Assembly (NCBI GenBank): GCA_951406725.2 | Contig: OX597826.1 | Coordinates: 40,114,001 to 40,178,000, forward strand | Length of the DNA: 64,000 nt | Direction: 5' to 3' | Origin: Octopus vulgaris | Taxonomy: Eukaryota | Part shown: piece after piece, positions 25,671-38,799 of the stretch | How positions within the stretch are numbered: the first letter of the stretch is position 1 | Layout of the letters: every line of letters begins with the position of its first letter | Made by a program: the position numbers and the translations under genes | The notes under the pieces: model-generated | The model's input: the letters and a program-made list of their open reading frames with translations, nothing else | Databases searched by the model: none | What the model was told of the DNA's origin: nothing

Positions 25671-27824
25671 ATGCAGAAAGGGGATGACACATCGTTAACG
25701 AAGATACTACAGAGGAAATAATTATAGAACAACCCGGGTCTGTTGAAAATGCAATCATGGTTGAAAGAGCTACTGTAACTGATAAGCAAAGTGAAACATT
25801 TCTGAACCAACCATAAACAGTAAAGCAAATGAAAATCAAACAGATGAAGAAAGTCACAGAGATATTGACCCAATAGAGCTACATGATCTAAAAAAATCAA
25901 ATAATGATTTAATAGCTGAAAATTGAAGCCAGTATGAAGGAACCCGACATTCTCCCCAAAATTCGCAATTCTAACCAAATCCTAAAAGTAATTGGTAAAA
26001 TCCGCCTTTCACTTAAGAATATAATTTCAGCTAATGATGGTGATATTACAGATCTGAAACACCTCTACTATGCATCCACGAAGATCTTAACGATTCTATG
26101 TGATGAAAAGTTTAGAAAACGACATTCCTAACTTCTAGTTGAAATAATTCCTAACTTCTAGTTGAATGCCTTCCCAGAGAGCCATGGACTGCTACGAAAA
26201 CTTTACAATAATGTTTTGTAACAACTCTTGGTTAGATAATGGTGTAACGTACCTACTTAAAAAATGAAGAAACAAATGAACCAAAAAATTATAGTCCCAT
26301 AACTTGCTTAATATCTGCTAACATCTGTCTTGACTGAATATACCTATAGTTTTTTAATAGAAAGTGGCAAATTTCCTAATGAGCAAAAAGGATGTAAATG
26401 TGGATCTTATGGTTGTAAAGATAAGCTACTCATCAATAAGATGCCCTTGGAAGTTTGTTGCAAGCGGAACAGAATCTTATCGATAGTCTTGTTAGACTAT
26501 CAAAAAAGCTTTTGATAGTCTTCCACATAGCTGGATTAAGAAATATCTGAAAATGTATAACATAGCATCTACCCTGCGATACGTCTTGTTTGTAAGTATG
26601 TGATCATGGAGAACCAAACTGACTTTGAACAGTTCCAAGGAATCTATTAATGTTGGAGATGTAATAATCTCATGTGGCATTTTCCACTCCTCTTTTGTCT
26701 TACTTGATTCCTCTCTCGAAATTACTCAATGATGTACGATATGGCTATTAAATGCTTGATAACAATATAAATCATCTCGCAATTTGGCCTCAATAAATGT
26801 GCAAAAGCTACCTTTATCAAAGGAAAATTTACAGAAACATCCAATGTTAATCTTCACCAGTAGAATGTCATAAAGGAGTTAGAACCAGCGGAGAGCTACA
26901 AATACCTAGGGGTATTTGACGGTGATGGAGTCAAAAATTCAGTGATGAGAGATAGGGTTAGAAGAGAATGTTATCTCAGAGTAAGGGCAATACTCAAGAA
27001 TGCAAAAAACAGGATCGAAGCGATCAATACTTTAGCCATATCGATCGTGATTTAGTTTCAATATCATTAACTCGTCAATTACTGAAATATGTAATCTTGA
27101 AAGAAAAATACAAAAATTGTTGACAATGTATAGGATGCACCACCAAAGTCACTCATAGAACAACTTTACCCGCCAAGAAAAGAGGGTGACCGTGAACTTT
27201 TACAACTGGAATTAATAGTGAATATTGCCCCAATTGGCCTAGATACCTACCTGAAAAACTCTAATGTTAAAACTTCTCTCAAAGCATGAAAACAAGAAAG
27301 CATCATACTCAGTATCAAAACAGACAAGGAAATATCTAAGTGAATTCCAAATACAAGAAATTCCAAACTTAGACGTACTAGAAACAAGCGTGTGAAAACC
27401 TCTGCTAAAACTGCTGCCTTCAGTATTTTTACTGATAAATAAATAGCAATCTCTCGATGGCAAATACCCAAAGAGAGCCAATAGTGCCGATGTTGACAAA
27501 GACTTTACCCATCAATGGTTACTGTCTTCTGGATTAAAATCAGAAACAGAAGGGTTTATCATAGCAGCCCAAGATCAGTCCCTACCTAAAATAAACTACG
27601 AGGCCAGCATATTAAATAATGGCAGTAGCCCACCATGTCGTTTATGTCAATAACAAAATGAAACCATTGATCATGCTGTCTCCATGTGCAGTTTTCTTGC
27701 GCCTAAAGAGTATCTCAACAGGTATGACAGAACAGCACAATATATTCACTGGGTAATTTGCAAAAGCCTACACTTGCCCCAGGAGAAAAACTGGTGGGAA
27801 CACTAACCACCTCCAGTGCTTGAA
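25670..27824 (+). mobile_element. Second Dong/R4-type LINE, internally deleted, decayed RT plus CCHC/RLE region
   Basis: PITCL, EQKGCKCGSYGCKDKLLIN, DYQKAFDSLPHSWI (frameshifted), YKYLG, WLLSSGLKSETEGFIIAAQDQ, CRLC..ETIDHAVSMC, RYDR..IHW. Confidence 0.9.
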
Positions 27825-27986
27825 AACTGAAGACTGTTTGATTTCGTTATTTTCCTTCTTTTGCATATGTGAGTTACAGGTAAATGTTATATTTGTAGCT
27901 ATATTTGTAGTAAATAGAAATAAGCGGTCTTTGACTGCTATTTCTAAATTTTTCGGTATGTGGCTAAACAACTTGTTGCTGAACCC

Positions 27987-28045
<59 letters not shown>

Positions 28046-28500
28046 AACATTTTGTAAAAGTTCCTACCTATAATGGTTCTATTTCCATACCGAAACTACT
28101 TGGTAATAATTATTAATTTTTAAAATTCATTCGTCTATTTGGATTTGGTTATGCTGACTATCTTCGGCTATATCCGATGGCGCGGGATCGGGTGCAAGAG
28201 GTAGGTTAATAGCATTTGACAAATCTATAATTTATTGGAATGTTGTGCTGATGACGGGAATGAGTTCTTTATAATTCTAACCCAGAAATGCGTCCACAAC
28301 TAACCGAAGACTGTTTGTTTTCGTTATTTTTCTTCTGTTGCTTAACCCTAATTATATATATATATTTATATATATATAAAGAACTTTTTGTAAAAGTTCC
28401 TACCTATAATGGTTCTATTTCCATACTGAAACTACTTGGTAATAATTATTAATTTTTAAAATTAATAATTATTTACCCTTATATTTATTAATATATATAT
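27825..28500 (+). mobile_element. Non-coding hammerhead-bearing element with direct repeats (Penelope pLTR / retrozyme-like)
   Basis: aac(t/c)gaagactgtttg at 27825 and 28302; ~27974-28127 repeated at ~28336-28463; hammerhead at 28242-28300. Confidence 0.7.
28242..28300 (+). ncRNA. Type I hammerhead ribozyme motif
   Basis: gttgtg CTGATGA cggg..ccca GAAA tgc GTC cacaac: 6-bp stem I, intact core boxes, weak stem II base, minimal stem III. Confidence 0.75.
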
Positions 28501-28784
28501 ATATATATGGTTTGAAGCCGACATGAAGACCAACATCAATACAGATTTTAATATATATTCCCTAAATCACCAGAAGTATTTTGTCTACGGGTTAGACAAA
28601 AAATAAGTGAGAAAATGTTAATCTGTTTGTTTATATTTGGTAGGGGTGGAATGTTCGTCGAATATTCATGCTCATACTCATGAATGTGTGTAAAACTTTT
28701 AAGCGTATATGTGTGTGTGTGCATGTGTGCTTGTGTATGTGTGAGTGAGTGTGAGTGAATGTGTGCGTGCGTGCTTGTGTGTGT

Positions 28785-28990
28785 GAAGGTACGTGGCTTA
28801 GTGCTAAGGGAGTTGCAATCATGGGTTTGATTCCCAGACCAGGTAGTAGGTTGCGCAAAACACTTCATTTCGCGTTGCTCTAGCCCCCTTTTCAATCGAG
28901 ATGGGGGATGTTGGCCTGCTCTTCTAACCAGTGGGGTGGTATCATTCAAAGGTGAGAACGATCTGGTACTCTGGTCGATCACCTGGTCAT
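28785..28990 (+). mobile_element. tRNA-derived SINE (decayed)
   Basis: tggcttagtgcta..ggtttgattccc A/B boxes; 3' part similar to 59288-59410. Confidence 0.6.
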
Positions 28991-28994
28991 AATA

Positions 28995-30418
28995 GACAGT
29001 ATCCATAAATTCACGTTACAATTTAAAGAATTCATTACGAATGCAATTGATAAGATATATTAATCAGACTTGGTTTATTGTACTCAGTGGTTTTCAAATT
29101 TTTAATCACATTGCATTTTTGTTTTTCAGGCATCATGCAGATTAAAGAGGCATTTTATGAATGAATCCCTAAGAAATGACTACTCCTCAAGTTAAGGCAC
29201 AATGTGTATCAGTGTTTATTGAGAAAAAATCGGATACGCAGACCCAACAGAGAAAAGTATAGAAGAGATCCAACATCACGTCCGTTAATTCGCGGATGGC
29301 AGAAAAAATTTATGGAGGCAGGGGCAATGCTAGATAGAAAGAGGAGTCGGCGACCAAGAACATCTGAGGAAAACCTTGATCGTTTAAGAGAAACCTTTTC
29401 TCGTTCTCCCACAAAGTCTATCCGTTCTGTTGTCAGACAGTTAGAGATAACACGTTCAACAGTACACAAGAAATTAATTTTCGTATTACAAATTAATGAC
29501 AAAATACATATAGAAAAATATCATTACTGGGTGTTATGACAAATTACTATACGTTAGTTTCTCCAAACAATGCTTGTTATTCACAAGAACCTGTGATTGT
29601 ACGCTTACAAAGTTCAACTCCTACAGGCAATAAAGCCAAATGATAAACCAAGAAGAAAAAAGTTGGCAGTTCACATGCTGCAAATAATTTCTGAAACATT
29701 CCTCAGGCGAATTTGTTAGTGACGAGGCAACATTTCATGCTTCAGGGAAACTGAACAAACACAATGTGAGAATCTTAGAATCAGAACACTCTCACGTAAC
29801 TAGAGAAGTTCAGCGAGATAGTGCCAAAGTGAATGTCTGGCGAGGAATTATGTGCAGTCGAATTATTGGTTCACTTGACTTCAACGCGAGATCGATTATC
29901 GTAAATGTCTACCGTGACATTTTGACTGAATATGCGGCACCATAACTCCAGGACATTCAGCCGACCGTGATTTTCCAACAAATTTCCACCTAATTCAAGA
30001 CTGCATGTTCGTGAGTTGCTCAATCAAATATTTCCAGACCGTTGAATTGGAAGGGAAAGACCAATTCCGTGCTACCACGTTTACCAGATACCACACCTCT
30101 GGATTTATTTCTATGGGGCTATGTTAAAGATATCGAGTATCGAACAAAGATACGGAACATTACTGAACTACAGCAAAAGATAACAGATGCGATTGCAACC
30201 ATCGATGAGGTTATGCTACAGCAAGCATGGCAAGAAATCGACTTCTGTCTTGATATGCTTCATGCGATTAATGGTGCCCATATAGAGGTGCATTAAATGA
30301 GGTAACGAAAAACATTTGAAAACCACTGAGTACAATAAAACAAGTCTGATAAAGTCATCTTATCAGTTTTCTTTGTAATAAAATTTTTAAATAGCAAAAG
30401 GACTCTATGGACACCCTG
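28995..30418 (+). mobile_element. Tc1/mariner superfamily element, rosa (DD41D)-like, decayed transposase
   Basis: ~100 bp imperfect TIRs (ttattgtactcagtggttttcaaa / tttgaaaaccactgagtacaataa; right end accctg-TA); MTTPQVKAQCV, SDEATFH.SGKLNKHNVRI, IFQQ, PDTTPLDLFLWGYVKD. Confidence 0.85.
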
Positions 30419-30489
30419 TATACATGCACATAAGTACACACACTCACTCACTCATACACATCCATACAAATAAACACACACACACACAT

Positions 30490-30569
<80 letters not shown>

Positions 30570-30683
30570 GGAGAAAATATTTCGCGAGAAAAATAATTGA
30601 CGAAAAAATAATTTGCGAAGATATTATTAACTCTGTTATTATCTAGTAATAATTTAAATATATATATATATATATATTAATAT

Positions 30684-30829
30684 TCACGACAATTTGATAC
30701 GACTTAATGCGATTTAAAGTTTCGCAGGCTTCTAACAGAAACTGTGATCGTTCCGGCTTAGGGTAATGTAACGTAAGCCTGAATGATCCGTGCTTCTGTT
30801 AGAAACTTGAAAAACTCTAAATTGCATGA
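30684..30829. repeat. Imperfect palindrome (fold-back element) whose tail is interrupted by a SINE
   Basis: ttctaacagaa..gatcgttc.ggctta / taagcc.gaatgatc..ttctgttagaa; tail resumes at 31178 with aacccc..ttgagtacctt. Confidence 0.7.
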
Positions 30830-30864
30830 GGCCAAATCAGTCTGTTTCAAGTAGTAATATATTT

Positions 30865-31165
30865 GTTTGCTCCTTCTCGAACCATGCCTGGCTAATAAGG
30901 GCCGGTTCCCGGTTTCCTTGGCGTATTGGCTCCCCACCTGGACGGGACGCCGGTCCGTCGGAGGTGAGCTGCAAGATGCAGGAGGAAAGAGTGAGAGAAA
31001 GTTGTGGCGAAAGAGTCAGCAGAAGTCCGCCATTACCTTCTGCCTGAGCCGCGTGGAGCTTAGGTGTTTCGCTCATAAACACACACGTCACCCGGTCTGA
31101 GATTCGAACTCATGATCCCTCGACCACGAGTCTGCCGCTCTAACCACTAGGCCATGTCCCTCCAC
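30865..31165 (-). mobile_element. Full-length tRNA-derived SINE with 12-bp TSD
   Basis: Head gtggagggacatggcctagtggttagagc..gagttcgaatctc; TSD agtaatatattt at 30853-30864 and 31166-31177. Confidence 0.92.
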
Positions 31166-31268
31166 AGTAATATATTTAACCCCTTTTAAATGTTTTGAGT
31201 ACCTTTTTATTTCGTTTGTCTACTCTTGTGTACATACATATAACATACATACATACACACATATATAT

Positions 31269-32156
31269 GCGTGATCTGATCAATAAGTATCCGGATTGTT
31301 GCCTTTGTAACGAATCTAAAGCACGCAGAGTAAAGCCGCTTGACACAGATCAACTTTGTACTCTGATGTGCATGTGCACTAAGTTTTAACGTTCTAGCCA
31401 CTTTCGCTGTTTACAGCAGTGCTTGGAAGTAACGTGTGTAACGTGTGATCGTCGCATTCACCATAACGGAGAAAGTTGAGCAGAGAATCTTCATTACTTT
31501 TTGCCAAATCTTTTGCGATACCTTCTCAGAGGCCTACGCAAAGTCTTCAAAAAGTTTTCATCGTTCTCAACACAATAACGAAGATCATGTGAAGCTGAAA
31601 CCCGAGAATCTCTTTGGTGAACTGAAAGCACTTTTGGTACAAACTTAGCAGACATGCGTCTCATACTCAAATCTTCAGCGATAATGGAATGAACTGAATT
31701 ATAAGTTACCTGCACATCCTCTGATAACTCACAGATGGTAATTCGATGATTTCCCTTCACTCACATCTGCGATGTTCTTTTCAGTTCTGTTGGTTACGGG
31801 TCTCCCAGAGCGTCCGTCACCATCGATATTTTTTCTGCCATCTTGGAAACGTCTGAACCACCTGTACACTCATGTACGACTCATACAGTCCTCTCCATAC
31901 ACTTTCTGGAACTTTGCGTAGGCCTCTAAGCAGGTATAGCCATGAAAACTTTCACTGTCATGGTCAATGCGACGATCACACGTTACATACGTTATTTCGA
32001 ATCACTACTGTAAATGGCATCAGGGAGCTAGAACGTTAAAACTTGGTGTGCATGCATATCAGAGGTCAAGATCAATCTGTGTCAAGCGGCCTCAATCTGC
32101 ATACTTTATCTTCGTTACAATGGCAACACTCCGGATACTTATTGATTAGGCTGCGT
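31269..32156. mobile_element. Non-autonomous mariner derivative made of two inverted 5' ends
   Basis: ~31269-31545 is an inverted copy of ~31910-32156; minus strand encodes QKVYGEDCMS..VYRWFRRFQDGR..RSGRP..RITICELSE..SAKFVPKVL (mariner HTH region). Confidence 0.85.
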
Positions 32157-32204
32157 ATATACATGTGCATATACAAACACACTTATATACATACATAGAC
32201 ATAT

Positions 32205-32580
32205 TATTTTATTTATTTACTTGTTTCAGTAATTTTACTGCAGCCATGCTGGAGCACCACCTTTAATCGAACAAATTGACCACAGGACTTATTCTTTGTA
32301 AACCTAGCACTTATTCTATGGGTTTTTTTTACCGAACCGCTAAGTTACAGTAACGTAAACATACCAGCATCGGTTGTCACTCGATGGTGAGGGGACATAC
32401 ACATACATACACACACAGACACACAAACACATACATATATATACGACGGGCTTCTTTCAGTTTCCGTCTACTAAATCCAATCACAATGGTTTGGTTGGCT
32501 ATAGTAGAAGGTGTCACACAGTGGGGATGGACCCAGGATCATGTGGTTGGTAAGCAAGTTACTTACCACAGAGTCACGAC
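32205..32580 (-). mobile_element. tRNA-derived SINE, family B
   Basis: Homologous to 46178-46565 along its length, with internal (CA)n. Confidence 0.88.
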
Positions 32581-33391
32581 AAATTCAAACTTAGGCAAAC
32601 TTTCTCAAAATGTTCAAAAATTAGTTACCAATAATTTAGGATACCCACACCAGCATCACCAGTGTCCACTCGCAAAAACACAAAGGTTCTATTTCTATCA
32701 AACCGGAATTAGCTCGATTAAATGAAAGAAAGAGAAGTAACTACACTAAACAATTCGCAAGGACAGCGCGATTTTTGATTGGTCACCGTTTTAAATGAAC
32801 CAAGATACGAAACGGACGAAATGAACCGAAAAAACACATTGGATTTATGAATCAGTTTGCTAATGTATAATTTAGCTCAAGAGACGTTATCTACGTGGTC
32901 AATTTTCTCATAGTGGAGATTTTAGTAGTGATTTTAGACGTAAATACTCAGTACATTTATACAGAAGTGAGCTGAGGTATAACACCTTAAAGTTATCAAT
33001 AAATAAGTTGGGACTGTATTGTACATGATGTTGTCACACAAATATGTGTGTGTGTATGTGTGTGTTGATGATATATGAGTGTTATACAAATGCATAGACA
33101 TACATATACATAAATATGAACGGTGTTTTCGGACGATTGCAGTCCCTGTCAGAATATATGTACACAATTATGTGCTTTGACTACAGTGTTAGAGCATTTT
33201 AACTCTTCTTTCTAGCAATGTAGGCGTTTCTAACACCCTTAGTCACATTTAGTGACAATTATAGTTTTCCTTTTTTATGAAACATTGCAAACTACTGTGT
33301 ATATTTACTTTTCTGTATTATTTATGTGTCTATATATATTATACACAAATCCGCACACACACACTCACATGCATAGATACACATACGCATG

Positions 33392-33429
<38 letters not shown>

Positions 33430-33494
33430 TATATATATACACATGCGGTAAAAAAATACAGACGAAATATTAATGTTTGTAATTTTTGAAAATG

Positions 33495-33561
<67 letters not shown>

Positions 33562-33642
33562 CAATAAAAATAATAATAATAATAATAATAATATTAATAA
33601 TAATAATAATAACAATAAAAATAACAATACTAATAATTGTTG

Positions 33643-33695
<53 letters not shown>

Positions 33696-33726
33696 GCAAC
33701 ATTAACAACGTTGTTAATAATAATAA

Positions 33727-33815
<89 letters not shown>
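33495..33815. repeat. (AAT)n-(TTA)n-(AAT)n microsatellite with internal strand switch
   Basis: Seen directly. Confidence 0.95.
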
Positions 33816-33817
<2 letters not shown>

Positions 33818-33886
33818 CGGTGTTAAAGATACAGCAAAAGTAAAAACGTGTTATGTTATAAAATGTAAATAAAAACATTCACTTAC

Positions 33887-34180
33887 CTTATATATATATT
33901 TTTTGTTGTTCTATTTATATTAAATGTTACAAGCTATATAAATCTTCATAGTATTCAAAATTGTAAATATTGTCACTGTTCATATCCACTTCTGCACTAT
34001 TGACAACACAACTCAGCTGTATTTATTTAACCTTTCACCTGTCCACACGATATTTTCTTGTTCAACTTTGTAAACACCATTATTTCTACTTTGTTTTGTT
34101 TTGTTTTCAATCTCGTGTTAGATTTTTCTCTCTCTGCTCGATCAAACGTATTATTTTATTTAATTATTTATTTTATATTT

Positions 34181-34219
<39 letters not shown>

Positions 34220-34934
34220 TATTTGTATTTCACAGAGTTAGAAAGTCAAATAATTTTTATGACAAATTATATTTCTTTTATCAAAGGAAAAACCAATAGC
34301 AAAATATATTGCATATATTCATCAAAACTATATATTTGCATAAGTGCTTATAAATATGCAAATACATACACACAAATATAGATATATATATATATATATA
34401 TATACATATATATATACACACACACACGCACACGTAGTATGTATATAAGTAATGAATGATTTTGCGTGTAGCTATAAGCATATATTTTTGTAGTAATTCT
34501 TAAACGTAGTACATTTATACACTTATGTGTATGTGTGTTCAATCCTGTAACATTCTATGCTACGATGTTGGAGCACATGCATATATCCACACATGTATAT
34601 TTACGTTCTGCTTGTGTACGAATGCAATATTATATAGGTCTGTGTATATGTAGATATGCAGGTATATATGCTGTTTATGACTTCCGTGAATGCATGAACT
34701 CCACAAAATATAATTTATTTTCCATCTGCACATACATATGTGTGTTTGGCATCTATAAAGAGAGTGATTGTTGTTACTTCACTGAGGAGAAAAAAAAATT
34801 ACCAATTGGTTATAGAGATCAAAGCATTAAACATCAGTCTCTTCTTTTAGATTACTTGTAGCAACCAATTACAAGAATTACAGCTCAAAACTCCTACATA
34901 TCTAATATTACGTGTTAATAATAATAATGATAAC

Positions 34935-34980
<46 letters not shown>

Positions 34981-35300
34981 GTAATAATAATAATAATAAA
35001 AATAATAATTGATAGACAGACGGACAGACAGAGAGTCAGATAGATTGACAGAGAGAGAGAGAGAGAGAGAATAGATGTTGATGTGTAACGTCAAATCGGT
35101 TACGTGTTTCGCAATTTGTTTACGAAAAGCATGGAAATATGGAAGAACAGATGAAATGAATAGGAGAAAGAAGAATCGAGAAGAAAGGAAACAACAAATA
35201 CACACACATATACCCACACACGCGCGTGTGTGTGGTTGTATGGTTGTGTGTGTGTGTGTGTGCGCGCGCGCGTGTGTGTATAAGGGAGAGAGACAGAAAG
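33887..35300 (-). other. Possible non-coding first exon / promoter region of a minus-strand host gene
   Basis: Consensus donor AG|GTAAGT on minus strand at 33887/33886; region lacks recognisable TEs; tgacgtta and cacgta motifs near 35087-35106; (CG)n/(GA)n tracts. Confidence 0.25.
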
Positions 35301-35399
35301 AGAGATAGAGAGATAGTACGTGTTACCAAGAAGAAATTTGCATTATACGTATACTTGTGTATACATATATATATACATATATATGTGTGCGTAGAGAGA

Positions 35400-35431
<32 letters not shown>

Positions 35432-35955
35432 AAGCGGGAGAGAGGGGGAATGGAGAGAGAAATATATTTGTCTGTCTTGTATTAGTGGGTGTATATTTTG
35501 GTTGGTTTTAGTATCAGTGAACTACGAAAGTATTTTTCATTAGTAAACATTGACAAGAAGAGATGTTGCAATAAATGTAGAAACATAGGCTGGCACTCGT
35601 TTGATTAGTAGTTAAATAGTTTCAAACTCCGCATTATACCACACTGAACCACCGACACTACGCGGATGCTATGCTAGATAAAGTGCATGTAATACTCTTA
35701 CTGGCTTTTGGTTTGTTAGTTTTCTCTTTATTCCTTTTCTAGTAGTGTCATCTGTTGGTTTGTCTATCGATGTGTGTGTGTGCGTGGGATGTGTGTAGCA
35801 ATCTTTATATGTGGATGTATTTTTGGGTCTGTATATATTGCTGTATGTATGTTTTACGGTGAGTGTGTGTGCATACGTATGTGTCCATCCCATGTTTTCT
35901 ATCATTATTTTTTTCACCGACTCTAATGCTCATCTTCGCTCTCATATGTTGTAAC

Positions 35956-36026
<71 letters not shown>

Positions 36027-36049
36027 CATCTATCCATCTATCTATCTAT

Positions 36050-36104
<55 letters not shown>

Positions 36105-36553
36105 CCTTTCTGCCTCTCTCCCTCGTACACACACATGTACACACACATACACATACGTAACACGCAGAGTTATAAACAACAAAGAGACCTGCACAGCTGT
36201 AATAATGCAAATGACATGCACTCACTGCCTGAACCGAACGCTGGAAATCCAGAGGTAGATTGTAGGTGGTCCATCAATATGCAAGAATTAGCAGTCAAAA
36301 CTTCCTCAATATTACACCCGTTAGATAACGTAATTTCTTAATACACTCTGCCCATCTCAATAAAGTGATGATAATGACCGGACTCTTTTGCTCATACACC
36401 TGGGGTTAAAAACGAAAAACGACTAAACACCTACAGATGTAACAATAAATTATGTATCAAGAAGCGCGCGCACACACACACATATATGCGTGTGTATATA
36501 TAAATGTATACGTATATACATACTTACACACATATATATGTGTGTGGATATGT

Positions 36554-36635
<82 letters not shown>

Positions 36636-36636
36636 A

Positions 36637-36797
36637 CATAAAGGGGTAAACACATAAATGTGAAACAGGGTGGGAAAAAGAGTACTCAATTACCAGAGGT
36701 AGAGTAACATGCTTTATTTAAAGCATCAGAAACTTAACAAAAGTTGTTACTCGGAGTTTCACGTTCCCGTTCGTCGGACAGTTTTGTTAAAATCTGT
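36637..36797 (-). mobile_element. ~160 bp hammerhead-bearing element between TA-rich repeats
   Basis: Contains hammerhead 36736-36788; tail ttactct..ttgagtac..tgtg.ttacccc resembles 271-317. Confidence 0.7.
36736..36788 (-). ncRNA. Minimal type I hammerhead ribozyme motif (CCGACGA core variant)
   Basis: Minus strand: aacaaaac-tgt CCGACGA acg-ggaa-cgt GAAA ctccga GTA aca-ac-ttttgtt. Confidence 0.75.
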
Positions 36798-36913
36798 ATA
36801 TATATACATGTATATATATGCATATACACACATGCATATATATGTAAATATAAATATAAATGATACACACGCACACACACACACGCACACACACACACAC
36901 ACATACACACACA

Positions 36914-36955
<42 letters not shown>

Positions 36956-37362
36956 TATATATATATATATATATATGAAATTATAAACTCAACAAACATT
37001 GCAGATTTCCTGACATAGACCCAGTGAAAATTATATAGTTATTGTTGATGACATAAGGTAGCCCAAATGGGGAATATGCTTTAATCGACATGCTAATGGA
37101 CATATCCCAAAAGTCCAAGTTCATATTGTTCGGTGTTCAGTGTCGGATGAAATCGTACTCGATATATAATTAGCGATTAATAATATTGTTATTTCGGTCG
37201 AGGAAACCTTTTGCTCTTGTGAGATTCTCCTATGGGAACAGTCTCTTCAGGTAAGTTACAACTCATGATTTGCTTGAAGACTCCAAGTACTGATAGGCAA
37301 ATCTCAGTATAGCAAGGAACTAACACACATACGCACATACACACCAACACACATGCATACAC

Positions 37363-37449
<87 letters not shown>

Positions 37450-37683
37450 AAGATAGATAGATAGACAGATGGACAGGTACGCAGGCTTCTTTCAGTTTCT
37501 GACTAACAAAACCACTCGCAAGGATTTGGTTAGCCTGTGGCGTTATTAGATTTGCTCAAGGTTTGAACCACGTAACATGTGGTTGCCTATCAAACTTGTT
37601 ATACATACATACATACACACACATACATACATACATACATACATACATACATACATACATACATACATACATACATACATACA

Positions 37684-37712
<29 letters not shown>
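37363..37712. repeat. (GATA)n and (TACA)n microsatellites around a family-B SINE fragment (37480-37600)
   Basis: Seen directly; ggcttctttcagtttc..ccactcgcaagg matches family B. Confidence 0.85.
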
Positions 37713-37716
<4 letters not shown>

Positions 37717-37832
37717 TCCGCTCGAAACGTGAAATTCTCTTTCTTTTCTTTTCTTTCCTGAGCATCCAATAACACTCTACTTATTCCACGTCCTCGCGTT
37801 GCTGCTTTTTCTTGCTTGTTCATGTTTTGGAT

Positions 37833-37883
<51 letters not shown>

Positions 37884-37976
37884 CCATTACAGACGAGAAA
37901 GTAAATATAGTTGTGAAAACAGCACAGAAAGATTGGGTGCTTACCTATTGAAGACAATCTTTGGAAGCGCCGTAAG

Positions 37977-38014
<38 letters not shown>

Positions 38015-38015
38015 C

Positions 38016-38074
<59 letters not shown>

Positions 38075-38366
38075 TATATATATATATACATATATACAAA
38101 TATATACAAATATATACATATATATATACACATGTACACATATATATATATATTCATGCATACGTACATTCAAACATGCATACATACATGGACACACAAA
38201 CACACACTCACAAGCACACGTGTCCTCATGGTCATGTATGCGTACGCGACCACGACAAGTAACAAAGCTGTTTTCTTTACTCCAAAATTTACCCCGGTGT
38301 TTTTTCTGTCTCTCTGTCTTTCTCAATTGCTATCCATTTCGGACTTAACTGTATAAACTTCATAAC

Positions 38367-38449
<83 letters not shown>

Positions 38450-38799
38450 TGTTTGTGTGTGTATGTGTGGGTGTGTGTATGTGTGGGTGTGTATATGTGT
38501 GTGTTTGTGTCTGTGTGTGCCTGTGTGTTTGCGTGGCTGAGTGGTTAAGAGATTCGTTTCACAATCACGAGTTCACAGATTCTATTCCGTCGTGTGACAT
38601 ATTACGCAAATGATGTTTGTCGTAGTCTAGCTTCACCTCAAGTCCTGTGAGTGAAACTGGGTAGCGAAAGTTTTGAATAGGCTAGTCGCATAGATCTTGG
38701 TATTGTGTCACCATGATTCTACTCGAGAATTACAGTATGGGTACGCACGCTTGTGGAATACACAATCACTTCACTACTTCAATGAGTAGGTTGTTCAAT

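Noticed and set aside
27827-27860. CTGAAGA at the Dong/insertion junction
   Set aside because: No stem II or GAAA follows; the repeat copy reads ccgaaga
31085-31165. tRNA-like sequence with good A and B boxes
   Set aside because: It is the head of a SINE with body, tail and 12-bp TSD; no acceptor stem closure
37245-37257. Splice donor-like CAG|GTAAGT on plus
   Set aside because: No supported upstream exon; overlaps a probable decayed minus-strand CTGAAGA repeat motif
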